This document shows positions 1 through 8,516 of a stretch of DNA of 40,000 bases, piece after piece. The position numbers were made by a program, and so were the translations under genes. The first letter of the stretch is position 1. Each line of letters begins with the position of its first letter. The notes below the pieces were generated by a model. That model saw only the letters and a program-made list of their open reading frames with translations, made no database searches and was not told where the DNA came from. The stretch is from an uncultured Alphaproteobacteria bacterium (GTDB lineage: Bacteria; Pseudomonadota; Alphaproteobacteria; Rhizobiales; Beijerinckiaceae): contig CAWHHH010000008.1 in the NCBI GenBank assembly GCA_963829075.1, positions 290,936 through 330,935 on the forward strand, read 5' to 3'.

Positions 1-45
1 AAGCGCGCCTGACAGCAGGGCGGCCAAGATTAGCCGAGATTTCAT
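1..45 (-). CDS. N-terminal 15 codons (signal-peptide-like) of a gene running off the left edge
   Basis: The reverse complement of 1-45 reads ATG AAA TCT CGG CTA ATC TTG GCC GCC CTG CTG TCA GGC GCG CTT = MKSRLILAALLSGAL, a basic N-terminus followed by a hydrophobic core. A GAGGG Shine-Dalgarno-like motif (rc of 52-56) sits 6 nt upstream. Only 15 codons are visible. Confidence 0.3.
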   Translation of the reverse strand, partial: MKSRLILAALLSGAL

Positions 46-222
46 ACTTCACCCTCTGGGGCAAGAGTTCAGTTACCGTCTTATAAACATCTTGGCCTGC
101 GTTAATGTTCCCTCGCGCAGGAGGTCGTCGCGAACCGAGGTGCCGTAAGGGCGAAACCGGAGTTCGTGCGGACGGCTCCGACGGAGCTGTAACCCCCGTA
201 AGCCGATGAATGGGAGGAGGAG

Positions 223-1020
223 ATGCTCAGTCAATGCAGTGGTGTCGTGGTCGCAGTTGTGGTGGATACAAACGATCCTACGTCGCATTATCGCGTCAAA
301 ATCAAGATATCGTCGCAACCTCCAAGCTCAGCGGAATGGGCGCGTGTCGTGGCGGCTCCGATGGGTCGGCGTTTCGCGCCGATCCGTCCCAACATCAATG
401 ACAAGGTGTTGGTCGCGTTTGAACAAGGCGATGTTAGCCGGCCGTTTGTAATCGGCGTCCTTTGGGATCAGGATGACGCGCCGCCGCCCGATGCAGGAGA
501 TCCTGGCGTCATTCGTGTCCCTACAGGATCTGTTCTGAAGGGAATTGATGAGCCTTGCGGCGTTGAGGCTGTCAGGAACGTCTTTCAGCCGCTCTCCGTT
601 TATCTGGCCGCAATGGAATGCCAAATCAAGGTCTTGGCGCTCCTTAAACCACTCATTCAAATTGTGACGCAATTGCCCTCGCCGTCCGCGGACGCTCTGG
701 CGCAATTTACGGCTTCGGCGGTGGCGCTTGAACCCTGTTTGCTCACCATCACGCCTGCCAGCACGCTTCCCTTTGTCCGGGACCTCCTTTGCATCACGTT
801 GCAGTCGCTTCAGTGTTTGCTCGACGAGCCGGTCTCTCAAAGCGAGAAGGCTGCTGCAATCGACAGCATTCAGCGTGTGCTTGACGCAGCGGAACCTTAT
901 TTGAACGCGGCAGGAATAGCGCCCGTCATTTTGTCAACGACTGGAAGCGTAGCGGGCCTGATGCAAGACATCGCGTCTCTTCGGATCGCGACGGATGCCG
1001 TTGGCGGATGCGGGCGTTAA
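223..1020 (+). CDS. gp5/VgrG/baseplate-protein-V-like OB-fold protein with an unrecognised Leu/Cys-rich C-terminal domain
   Basis: 265-aa ORF with GGAGGAGGAG (213-222) directly upstream of the ATG. The N-terminal ~90 aa (GVVVAVVVDTNDPTSHYRVKIKI..SAEWARVVAAPMG..PNINDKVLVAFEQGDVSRPFVIGVLW) fit the conserved gp5/VgrG OB-fold pattern G.V..V.D..DP...RVKV...S.WAR..P.AG...P..GD.VLVAFE.GD...P.V.G.LW. I recognise no family for the C-terminal ~170 aa. GC is lower than the flanks (28/60 G+C hand-counted in 601-660). Confidence 0.6.
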   Translation: MLSQCSGVVVAVVVDTNDPTSHYRVKIKISSQPPSSAEWARVVAAPMGRRFAPIRPNINDKVLVAFEQGDVSRPFVIGVLWDQDDAPPPDAGDPGVIRVPTGSVLKGIDEPCGVEAVRNVFQPLSVYLAAMECQIKVLALLKPLIQIVTQLPSPSADALAQFTASAVALEPCLLTITPASTLPFVRDLLCITLQSLQCLLDEPVSQSEKAAAIDSIQRVLDAAEPYLNAAGIAPVILSTTGSVAGLMQDIASLRIATDAVGGCGR

Positions 1021-1446
1021 TCACTGACGTCCCCTTTCGCTCACTCTGTCGCTCTCTCGCGGAGGGCGATCCCCAAGGGCGCGGCGTTATTCTGCGTCTC
1101 CGAGTTTAGCTTGGGCTCAAGATAATGTTGGGGCGGCCTTCGAAGGATCTCAATCGATATGATGTTCCCGAATCGGGTGGAATCTCATTCATGATTCCCG
1201 CCGCGGTAAGGAGGCGGCGGGAGTGGCGCATTTCCGCCATCAGCGCGATTCGCGAAGGTGACAGAACGCTCCGTCTTCGCCTCTTTTCGCCCGCGTCGAC
1301 GCTTTCCTGGGCGCGCGGAAAACTGGCGGCACGGCTCGCGCCGGAACCCCAGACGCAGTCCCTTCACGTCCCCTGCAGAGGTGACGTTAACCATTCCTTA
1401 ACCATGTCTTCATTAATAATTTATCGGTCGTTCGAGCGAGGTCGCC

Positions 1447-2253
1447 GTGACTGAAGTCTCCTGCCGCAGTATTCGCTTCCGCGGACGTTCGTTCGACGCG
1501 CTTGCGCTTGAACCTGACGCGCCCCTCTCCGCATGGATTGATCGGCTTGATGTTTACATTGCTCAATTTCCGTTTTTCTTTGCGCGTAAATCCATCGTGA
1601 TCGACGTTTCAAATCTCCAGCTCGACCGGCGGGGAGCTGTCGAATTGGTGAAAGACCTGACCGGACGCGGCATTCGCATTCTGGGGCTAGCAGGGGCGGA
1701 CCCGGCTTGGACCAGCGAAGAGCTGCCGCCGCTCCTGCGCTGGGCGCGCACCGCCGCAAAGGAAAACCAAACAAATGCCGATGGCGCCATGGAGACTGCC
1801 GGCGCTGCGAACGGGCTGAACGCCAACGAGCAGGCGGCGTTTTTGGAAATCGCAAACGCCCTCGCGGTCGATGCGCAGGCGGCGACGAGCTTGCCCGCCG
1901 AGCCCCCGTTGCGGTCGAACATCATTGCGCCGCTTGTCGTCAATTCTCCTGTGCGATCGGGGCAAACGATACATTACCCTGAAGGCGACGTGACCATTAT
2001 TGGCTCGGTCGCTTCGGGAGCAGACGTCATCGCCGGCGGCTCCATTCACATTTACGGCGCGCTCCGCGGGCGCGCCTTTGCAGGAGCCGAAGGCGAGGCG
2101 CAAGCGCGCATTTTCTGCCGTCGCCTGGAGGCGGAACTCTTGGCGGTGACGGGCGTCTATCTGACCGCGGACGAAATAGGAACCAATGTGCGCGGTCAGC
2201 CCGTTCAAGCTTGGCTCGAACAGGACAACATCAGAATCGCTCGGCTCGACTGA
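1447..2253 (+). CDS. minC: Septum site-determining protein MinC
   Basis: 268-aa ORF with a GTG start. The C-terminal beta-helix region (GDVTIIGSVASGADVIAGGSIHIYGALRGRAFAG...ARIFCRRLEAELLAVTGVY) is the typical MinC C-terminal domain. It lies directly upstream of minD-minE. Confidence 0.9.
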   Translation: MTEVSCRSIRFRGRSFDALALEPDAPLSAWIDRLDVYIAQFPFFFARKSIVIDVSNLQLDRRGAVELVKDLTGRGIRILGLAGADPAWTSEELPPLLRWARTAAKENQTNADGAMETAGAANGLNANEQAAFLEIANALAVDAQAATSLPAEPPLRSNIIAPLVVNSPVRSGQTIHYPEGDVTIIGSVASGADVIAGGSIHIYGALRGRAFAGAEGEAQARIFCRRLEAELLAVTGVYLTADEIGTNVRGQPVQAWLEQDNIRIARLD

Positions 2254-2269
2254 CAGAGGACGAGGAAAC

Positions 2270-3085
2270 ATGTCCAAGATAATCGTAGTCACATCCGGTA
2301 AGGGCGGCGTCGGCAAGACCACATCGACCGCCGCCCTCGGCGCTGCTCTCGCTTTAGAAGGCCATAAGGTCGCGGTGGTGGATTTCGACGTCGGCTTACG
2401 CAATCTCGATCTGATCATGGGCGCCGAACGGCGAGTCGTCTTTGATTTGATCAATGTTGCTCAGGGCGACGCGAAACTGCATCAGGCGCTCATTCGAGAC
2501 AAGCGTCTCCCCAATCTCTCCCTCCTGCCGGCTTCGCAGACGCGCGACAAAGACGCGCTGACGGAGGAAGGCGTGGAGCGGGTCATCGATGAATTGCGAA
2601 GTCGGTTTGACTGGGTGATCTGCGACAGTCCTGCCGGGATCGAACGCGGGGCGACGCTCGCCATGCGTTTCGCCGACGCGGCGGTTGTCGTCGCAAACCC
2701 GGAAATCTCGTCCGTGCGCGATTCGGATCGCATCATCGGTCTCCTTGACGCCAAAACCTTCCACGCCGAGAAAGGCGATCGGATGGAAAAGCATCTTCTT
2801 TTGACGCGATACGACCCGGGACGCGTCGCGCGAGGCGAAATGCTGAGCGTCGAAGACGTGCTGGAGATCCTCTCAATTCCCTTGCTCGGGATCGTCCCCG
2901 ACAATGAGGAGGTTTTGCGCGCCTCGAACCTCGGATCGCCCATTGTCTTGCACAACGCCGCCTGCGCGGCGGGGCGGGCTTATATCGACGCCGCCCAGCG
3001 ACTTTGCGGCGCCAAGGTGCCGATGAACATTCCATCGGACCAAAGGAGCCTGTTCCGCAAACTGTTCGGTCGGAGGGCGGCATGA
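2270..3085 (+). CDS. minD: Septum site-determining ATPase MinD
   Basis: The internal ATG at 2270 gives MSKIIVVTSGKGGVGKTTSTAALGAALA (deviant Walker A KGGVGKT). GAGGAAA sits 3 nt upstream of the ATG. The protein is 271 aa and full-length MinD-like, ending in an amphipathic tail (SLFRKLFGRR). Confidence 0.97.
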   Translation: MSKIIVVTSGKGGVGKTTSTAALGAALALEGHKVAVVDFDVGLRNLDLIMGAERRVVFDLINVAQGDAKLHQALIRDKRLPNLSLLPASQTRDKDALTEEGVERVIDELRSRFDWVICDSPAGIERGATLAMRFADAAVVVANPEISSVRDSDRIIGLLDAKTFHAEKGDRMEKHLLLTRYDPGRVARGEMLSVEDVLEILSIPLLGIVPDNEEVLRASNLGSPIVLHNAACAAGRAYIDAAQRLCGAKVPMNIPSDQRSLFRKLFGRRAA

Positions 3086-3378
3086 ATCTCTTCGGGCTCC
3101 TAAATCGGCGCGCAACAACCGCGCCGGTGGCGCGGGAACGGCTGCAAATCCTTTTGGCGCATGAGCGAAAATCGGCCTACCAGGCCGATCTCATTGCGGT
3201 TCTCCACAAGGAAGTCCTGAACGCCGTCGCAAAACACATCCCGATCGACCCGCAAAAAGTCGAAGTCTCGATGCATCGGCGCGATATGACCTCCGTCCTT
3301 GAAATCGACATCGCAATAGAACCCTGCGTCGTTGACGAAAAATTTCGTGAACGCACCGCTCTTGCCGGACAATTCTGA
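3082..3378 (+). CDS. minE: Cell division topological specificity factor MinE
   Basis: The ATG at 3082 overlaps the minD stop (ATGA). The 98-aa product starts MNLFGLLNRR..TAPVARERLQILLAHER, the canonical MinE N-terminus. Confidence 0.95.
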   Translation: MNLFGLLNRRATTAPVARERLQILLAHERKSAYQADLIAVLHKEVLNAVAKHIPIDPQKVEVSMHRRDMTSVLEIDIAIEPCVVDEKFRERTALAGQF

Positions 3379-3528
3379 CGCGGGGGCTCGGAGCTTCCGC
3401 GTCTGAGCGCAACTTAGCGCGCTTTCCTCGGCCCCGCGCGGCCTTGTGAAGCGCCGCAAATTGGAGGAAGCTCGCAGCCGAACGCACCCCAGCTTGGCCC
3501 TCCTCCCTTTGCGCGCGGGAAAACTCTC

Positions 3529-4857
3529 ATGCGCGATCAGAAACACGTCGCCTGGCTTTATGAGCAGCTTCCCGGCCTCGTGAGCGACGGAACGCTCACG
3601 ACCGAGGCCGCGCAAAGACTAAGACAGCGCTATGGCGCAGCGGAAGGAGGTCGCGGGCTGCAGGCCGCGACTTTGTTCGGCGTGCTCGGCGCCGTGCTCG
3701 TCGGCGGCGGGATCATTCTGCTCCTCGCCCATAATTGGGACGAGTTCTCTCGGGCGACGCGCGCGGCGCTCTCCTTCGCCCCTCTCGTGCTGGCGCAGGC
3801 GCTCGCGGGTTTCGCCATCTGGCGCAGGCCCGACAGCCTCCCCTGGCGCGAGGGCGCCGGCGCCTTTCTCACGCTGGCCATCGGCGCCTCGATCGCGCTC
3901 GTCGCGCAGACCTACAACATCAGCGGCGATCTCGGCGACTTTCTGCTGACCTGGACGCTGCTGGCGCTCCCCGTCGCCTATGTGATGCGCGCGACAGTTC
4001 CGGCGCTTCTCTATCTCCTCGGCGTCACGGCTTGGGCCGGCGCGCAATGGACCTCGAACGCGGCGGCGTTGGGCTATTGGGGGCTGCTCGCTCTCATCCT
4101 GCCGTGGTGGCGGCTCGAGGCGAAGGACAATCCCTATCGGCCGCGTCCTCTCATCTTCGCGTGGGTCCTTTCTCTCGTCCTGCCCTTCGGCGTCGCCGCC
4201 TCCCTGCGTGATGCGCTCGACGTTCAAGGAACCTGGATGCCGCTCTCCAGCGCCATCGCCGCCGCGCTGTTTCTGGCCGGACGGCGCTTTTGGGGCGAGG
4301 GGACCTCCCGAATGCAAAAGCCCTTGCAAACGCTCGGCGCGCTCGCGCTCGTCGCTTCGGCTCTGGTTTTCTCCTTCGAGGACGCCTGGCGCTCCCAAGA
4401 AAGCGCTTGGCAAAGGGGCGCGGGCGCCTTCAAGGACGCGGTATTGTCGCATCCCTTCGCCTTCGCGATCGTCGCGCTTTGGCTGCTGCTTTGGCTTGCG
4501 CTGTGGATCGACAGCTTTCGCTGCCGGGACTGGGCGCGGACATTTCTGGGCGCGCTTCCGCTTTTCGTCGCGGTCGGGCTGGCCCTCGCGCACGCGGGAC
4601 AGCCCTTCGCGGCGATGCTGCTCCTCAACGCCTATCTCTTTGCGCTCGGCCTCGGCACGCTCGTCGCGGGGCTCGTCGCGCAGAGCCTCGGCATGGTCAA
4701 TGGCGGCATGCTCATCCTCGCGGCGGTGATTCTCGCGCGCTTCTTCGACGCCGATCTCGGCTTTCTCGCGCGCGGCGTCGCCTTCATCGCGCTCGGCGCC
4801 GGCTTCCTCGCCGTTAATGTCGTGATGATGCGTAAACGCGGAGCGGCGAAGCCATGA
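3529..4857 (+). CDS. DUF2157-family polytopic membrane protein
   Basis: 442 aa with a soluble N-terminus (WLYEQLPGLVSDGTLTTEAAQRLRQRY) followed by many hydrophobic segments, including the LLLAHNWDEFSR motif typical of DUF2157. It is translationally coupled to the next gene. Confidence 0.8.
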   Translation: MRDQKHVAWLYEQLPGLVSDGTLTTEAAQRLRQRYGAAEGGRGLQAATLFGVLGAVLVGGGIILLLAHNWDEFSRATRAALSFAPLVLAQALAGFAIWRRPDSLPWREGAGAFLTLAIGASIALVAQTYNISGDLGDFLLTWTLLALPVAYVMRATVPALLYLLGVTAWAGAQWTSNAAALGYWGLLALILPWWRLEAKDNPYRPRPLIFAWVLSLVLPFGVAASLRDALDVQGTWMPLSSAIAAALFLAGRRFWGEGTSRMQKPLQTLGALALVASALVFSFEDAWRSQESAWQRGAGAFKDAVLSHPFAFAIVALWLLLWLALWIDSFRCRDWARTFLGALPLFVAVGLALAHAGQPFAAMLLLNAYLFALGLGTLVAGLVAQSLGMVNGGMLILAAVILARFFDADLGFLARGVAFIALGAGFLAVNVVMMRKRGAAKP

Positions 4858-5414
4858 GCCCAAAAACAAGACTGTGGCTCTTCGCCGCGATGGCGCTCGT
4901 GCAACTGGCGGCGCCCGCGAGCATGATCCTGAGCCGCGAGCGCACGCTCGCCAATGGCGAGGCTTTCAAGTTCCGCACCGCGCCCGTCGATCCCTATGAC
5001 GCTTTCCGAGGCCGCTATGTCGCTTTGCGAATCGACAAGAGCGACGCGGCTCTGCCCGAAGGAGCAACGGTGTCTTTCGGACAGACGGTCTACGCGACGA
5101 TCGAAACGGGCGATGACGGTTTCGCCAAATTCGGCGTTGCTTCGCTCTCGCCGCCCAAGGATACGCCTTATCTCAAGGTCAAAGCTGGCTTTCCGAACGG
5201 CAAGGGCGGGGTCAATCTGCAATTGCCCTTCGACCGCTTCTATATGGAGGAGGCCAAGGCCCCGGCGGCGGAGGCGCTCTATCTCGAGCATAACCGACGA
5301 GGCGCGCAAGACGCCTACGTGATCCTTCGCGTGCTCGACGGCGCGGAAGTCATCGAAGACCTATACATCGGCGGGAGGCCGATTGGGGATGTCGTTCGAC
5401 AAGGGAAGCGCTGA
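4854..5414 (+). CDS. GDYXXLXY-family protein (degenerate motif), N-terminal membrane anchor
   Basis: 186 aa; the ATG overlaps the upstream stop (ATGA at 4854-4857). It has an N-terminal hydrophobic segment followed by FKFRTAPVDPYDAFRGRYVALRI, which resembles the PVDPRDLFRGDYVxLxY signature. This family usually follows DUF2157 genes. Confidence 0.78.
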   Translation: MSPKTRLWLFAAMALVQLAAPASMILSRERTLANGEAFKFRTAPVDPYDAFRGRYVALRIDKSDAALPEGATVSFGQTVYATIETGDDGFAKFGVASLSPPKDTPYLKVKAGFPNGKGGVNLQLPFDRFYMEEAKAPAAEALYLEHNRRGAQDAYVILRVLDGAEVIEDLYIGGRPIGDVVRQGKR

Positions 5415-5464
5415 CAATCCTCCGCGCTTCGCCGGCCAGAGCCTCAAAGTTTCAAGGAACCGCT

Positions 5465-6301
5465 CTACCCCGCCAGGTCTCCAAGATGCTCGCTCGCAAA
5501 CACGTGCCGGAACAAGTTGGCCGTCCACTGGCGCCCTGAGGCGGTGCATTCCAGATATTTCAAGCCGGGCTTGATATATTTATATGTCGAATGCCAGAAA
5601 AATTTCGGATAATTCCGTATCAAATCTCCGGGGCTGGAATAGCCGAGCTGCCTGTTCAGACCGATCTCTTCGAACTCATAAAACAAGGCGACGCATTTTC
5701 TGGGGTAGTAGGGATCGGCCAGCTGGCCAATCAAGTCAGCCGCTCTGACGAGCCCGGCTTCCGTATCGGTCTCGGCGTGGTCGGCGTCATTGGGAACGGG
5801 AAAGCGCGTGAGCTCGACCGCGCGCGCGATGCGCTCGCCATCCACGAAATCGACGAGCGCGGCGCGCTCCCGGATGAAGAGCTTCGACCGATCGACATGA
5901 TAAGGGGCGAGCGCCGCGTCCGACACGTCCGAGGACAATTTCATCGTGTCGCCGGCGTCGTTGATCACGACGCTTTCACGCGTGTCCCCAGCGCAGATGC
6001 CCCGCACATAGCCGATGTCATGCAAGAGGCAAGCAAGCAGGAAATGCGTGGCGTCGACCGCATTGACCGTCGTGTGTAATCGCTTTCCTCTCAGAATTTC
6101 CCAGCCGACCTGGGTGACGAGAATCGTGTGCTCGAAATTGTGGTACAATGCATTGCTGACGCCGATGCGCTCAATCGCCAGGCGCGAGGCGTTTTCGATG
6201 ACCTCGAGATACGGGCCTTCGCTGTGACTATAGGCTCGTCGGAACTCCTGCGTCAGAGAGCGGGTGAATTTGTCGGCAACCAGCGCGACGGCGTCAAGCA
6301 T
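5465..6301 (-). CDS. HD-domain metal-dependent phosphohydrolase
   Basis: Start chosen at the internal ATG 6301 (MLDAVALV...), with GGAGGAG upstream. HD signature residues are present: NFEHTILVTQVG ... LLACLLHDIGYV. Same strand as hisZ-hisG, 37 bp downstream of hisG. Confidence 0.8.
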   Translation of the reverse strand: MLDAVALVADKFTRSLTQEFRRAYSHSEGPYLEVIENASRLAIERIGVSNALYHNFEHTILVTQVGWEILRGKRLHTTVNAVDATHFLLACLLHDIGYVRGICAGDTRESVVINDAGDTMKLSSDVSDAALAPYHVDRSKLFIRERAALVDFVDGERIARAVELTRFPVPNDADHAETDTEAGLVRAADLIGQLADPYYPRKCVALFYEFEEIGLNRQLGYSSPGDLIRNYPKFFWHSTYKYIKPGLKYLECTASGRQWTANLFRHVFASEHLGDLAG

Positions 6302-6338
6302 CACGACTCTCCTCCATGCTCCTAGAGCGAGTTTTGCT

Positions 6339-7319
6339 CTAACCGATCCGCGCCGCGAGCTTGCGCCACAAGGCGTTGTCGGCCCGAAACACATAATCGT
6401 GCTTCGTCGAGGTCACCGTCGTCGCGCCCCTTGCGATGAGCCAGTCGCAAAATTGCGGCGCGCGCTTTTCCGGCGCGCTGAAGATCGAAAGGCCCGCCGA
6501 CGAGCCCTCGCATAGCGTCGCGCCGAAGCGGCTTTCCGCCTCGCCGAGCAGCGCCTTCGCGACATCCTTGAGATGCGCCCTAATCTCGCGCGTCGTGCGC
6601 GCCTCCTCCTCGGCTGCGATGCGTGAAAGCATCACGCGCGCTGCTTCCCGCGCCTTCTCACCCCAGGGCGCCTTCAGCGACGCGACGAGATTGGCCTGCG
6701 AGCGCAGGATGACGCCGTCGTCCAGGACTTTCAACCCGTTTGCGGCGAGCGTCGCCCCGGTCGTCGTGATGTCGACGATGAGGTCGGCCGTGCCTGCGGC
6801 CGGAGCGCCTTCGGTCGCGCCGGCGCTCTCGACGATCCGGTAATCCCCGACGCCATGCGCGGAGAAGAAACGGCGCGTCGTCGCCACATATTTCGTCGCG
6901 ACGCGCAGTCCGCGCCCATGCCTCGCGCGGAAGGAAGCCGCGACGTCGGCGAGATCGGCCATCGTGCGCACGTCGATCCAGGCGTCGGGCGCGGCGACGA
7001 CGACATTGGCGGAGCCAAAGCCCAGGGGCGTAAGGAGCGCGACGCAAGAATCGGGATCGGCGATCTCCTCGCGCACCAGATCCTCGCCGGTGACGCCGAG
7101 ATGCGCCTCGCCGCGCGCCAAACGCGCCGTGATTTCCCCGGCGGAGAGGAACGCCGCTTCGGCGTCGTCGACGGAAGCGACGAGGCCGCGATAGTCGCGG
7201 GCGCCGCGGCCCTGCTGCAGCTCGCAGCCGGCGCGGGCGAAAAAGGCGAGCGCGTTCTCCTGCAGCCTTCCCTTGGAAGGCGCGGCGACGACGAGGCGCT
7301 CGGAAGGGGCGGCGCTCAT
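6339..7319 (-). CDS. hisG: ATP phosphoribosyltransferase, long form (HisG with C-terminal regulatory-like domain)
   Basis: 326 aa. [13 protein letters not shown]...[10 protein letters not shown]...VATKYV...[34 protein letters not shown] are hallmark HisG motifs. The ATG overlaps the hisZ stop (ATGA, 7316-7319). Confidence 0.93.
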   Translation of the reverse strand: MSAAPSERLVVAAPSKGRLQENALAFFARAGCELQQGRGARDYRGLVASVDDAEAAFLSAGEITARLARGEAHLGVTGEDLVREEIADPDSCVALLTPLGFGSANVVVAAPDAWIDVRTMADLADVAASFRARHGRGLRVATKYVATTRRFFSAHGVGDYRIVESAGATEGAPAAGTADLIVDITTTGATLAANGLKVLDDGVILRSQANLVASLKAPWGEKAREAARVMLSRIAAEEEARTTREIRAHLKDVAKALLGEAESRFGATLCEGSSAGLSIFSAPEKRAPQFCDWLIARGATTVTSTKHDYVFRADNALWRKLAARIG

Positions 7320-8434
7320 CGAGCCGCTCCCAGCCGGTCGACGAAGATCGCGGCGCCGACGGCGGGAATGTCCTGCGCCGCGCCGAGCGATTTCAGGAGG
7401 CCGTCGTAGCGTCCGCCCGAAAGCAGCGGCGCGGCCGCCGCCGCGCCTGCCGGGCGCGCCTCGAACATGAAGCCCGAATAATAGTCGATCGCGTGCGGAA
7501 AGCGCGTCGAGAACACCGTCTCCTCCAGCTTCACGCCGCGCGCGGCGAGAAAGCTCGCGCGCGTCTCGAAGACTTCGAGCGCCTCGTCGAGCTCGAGCCT
7601 GTTGTCGCGCGCGAGCGCGCGGAGTTTTTCGCTCGCCGTGTCCGGGCTGGCCTCGACCGCGAAGAAATCCGCAATCTGCTGGCGCGCGCGCGCGCTCAAA
7701 GGCTCCTGCAGCGACGCCTGCTCGAGGAAGCGCTCGGCGATCTCCGCCGCGGAGCGGCCGCCCTTGGTCGCGGCGCCGGCGATGGCGAGCAAATCCTCGA
7801 CGAGCTGTTTCGCGCCGGCCGCGTCGCTTTTTTCGAGCGCGGCGAGCACGCCTGCGCCGAGCGCGCCGTTCTGCCGCGGGGCGGGGACGAGAATATCGTC
7901 GAGCGCGGCGCCGCGCGCGACTCCCGCCTCGATCCGCCGCCGCCAGGCCGGCGGAAGGTCGAGCCGCGCGAGAAAGCTCCGGGACAGCCCCGCGTCGCCG
8001 AGCCGAAGAGCGAGCCGCGGCGCGCCGGCGGCGTTCGCCGCTTCGAGCGCGACGCCCAGGATTTCGGCGTCGGCGGCGGCGCGCTCCTCGCGCCCGAAAC
8101 TCTCGACGCCGGTCTGGAACAGCTCGCCTTGCCCCGCGCGAAACACCGGCCCCCCATAAGCGATGTCGCCCGGCTCGCCGGCCGAGGAGGAGGCGAGATG
8201 CTGGAGCGCGACGGGGATCGTGAACTCGGGCCGCAGACAGAGCTCAGCCCCGCCGTTTTCGCCGGTGAGATAGAGCTTGCCGCGGAATTCTTCGCCCAGC
8301 CGATCGAGGAAGACCCCGGCGGGCAGGAGCAGAGCGGGCTCGCGGCGCAGAAATCCCGCGGCGCTGAATTTTTCGAGCGCGGCCTGCAGGCGCTCGTCGA
8401 TGCTGGCGATTGCGCTCTGCGTCACGGCTCGCAA
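7316..8434 (-). CDS. hisZ: ATP phosphoribosyltransferase regulatory subunit HisZ (HisRS paralog)
   Basis: 372 aa with HisRS-like class II core motifs ([12 protein letters not shown]...; GGRYDGLL near the C-terminus). The start is uncertain: TTG at 8434 or GTG at 8425. Confidence 0.88.
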   Translation of the reverse strand: MRAVTQSAIASIDERLQAALEKFSAAGFLRREPALLLPAGVFLDRLGEEFRGKLYLTGENGGAELCLRPEFTIPVALQHLASSSAGEPGDIAYGGPVFRAGQGELFQTGVESFGREERAAADAEILGVALEAANAAGAPRLALRLGDAGLSRSFLARLDLPPAWRRRIEAGVARGAALDDILVPAPRQNGALGAGVLAALEKSDAAGAKQLVEDLLAIAGAATKGGRSAAEIAERFLEQASLQEPLSARARQQIADFFAVEASPDTASEKLRALARDNRLELDEALEVFETRASFLAARGVKLEETVFSTRFPHAIDYYSGFMFEARPAGAAAAAPLLSGGRYDGLLKSLGAAQDIPAVGAAIFVDRLGAAR

Positions 8435-8516
8435 GACCTCTTTGGTTGCGGGCCACCCTTAGCAAGCGTCGCGCGCATGCGCACGCCGAATCTGGAGCTA
8501 AGGTGAAAGCCTGTCG

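Noticed and set aside
73-451. Small overlapping ORFs 73-318(-), 206-451(+) and 210-401(+) at the left edge
   Set aside because: They overlap the start of the well-supported gp5-like ORF (223-1020), which has the strong RBS. They show no motifs and an Arg-rich composition.
1125-1454. 109-aa ORF in the gap between the gp5-like gene and minC
   Set aside because: It has no RBS and an Arg-rich, unstructured-looking translation, and it runs into the minC start. It is more likely promoter/leader DNA; a hairpin CCCGCCGC..GCGGCGGG and a duplicated TTAACCA motif are present.
3619-4869. 416-aa minus-strand ORF antisense to the DUF2157 gene. Similar long antisense or alternate-frame ORFs occur elsewhere, e.g. 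8527-9903(-), 8628-10019(+), 11230-12927(+), 13039-13992(+), 14839-16509(-), 29556-30485(-), 30482-32485(-), 35478-37010(+), 37065-38156(+) and 38801-39778(+).
   Set aside because: All of them overlap confidently identified genes on the opposite strand or in another frame. Their translations are Arg/Ala/Gly/Pro-rich low-complexity sequence with no motifs, the classic stop-codon-poor artefact of ~65-70% GC DNA.
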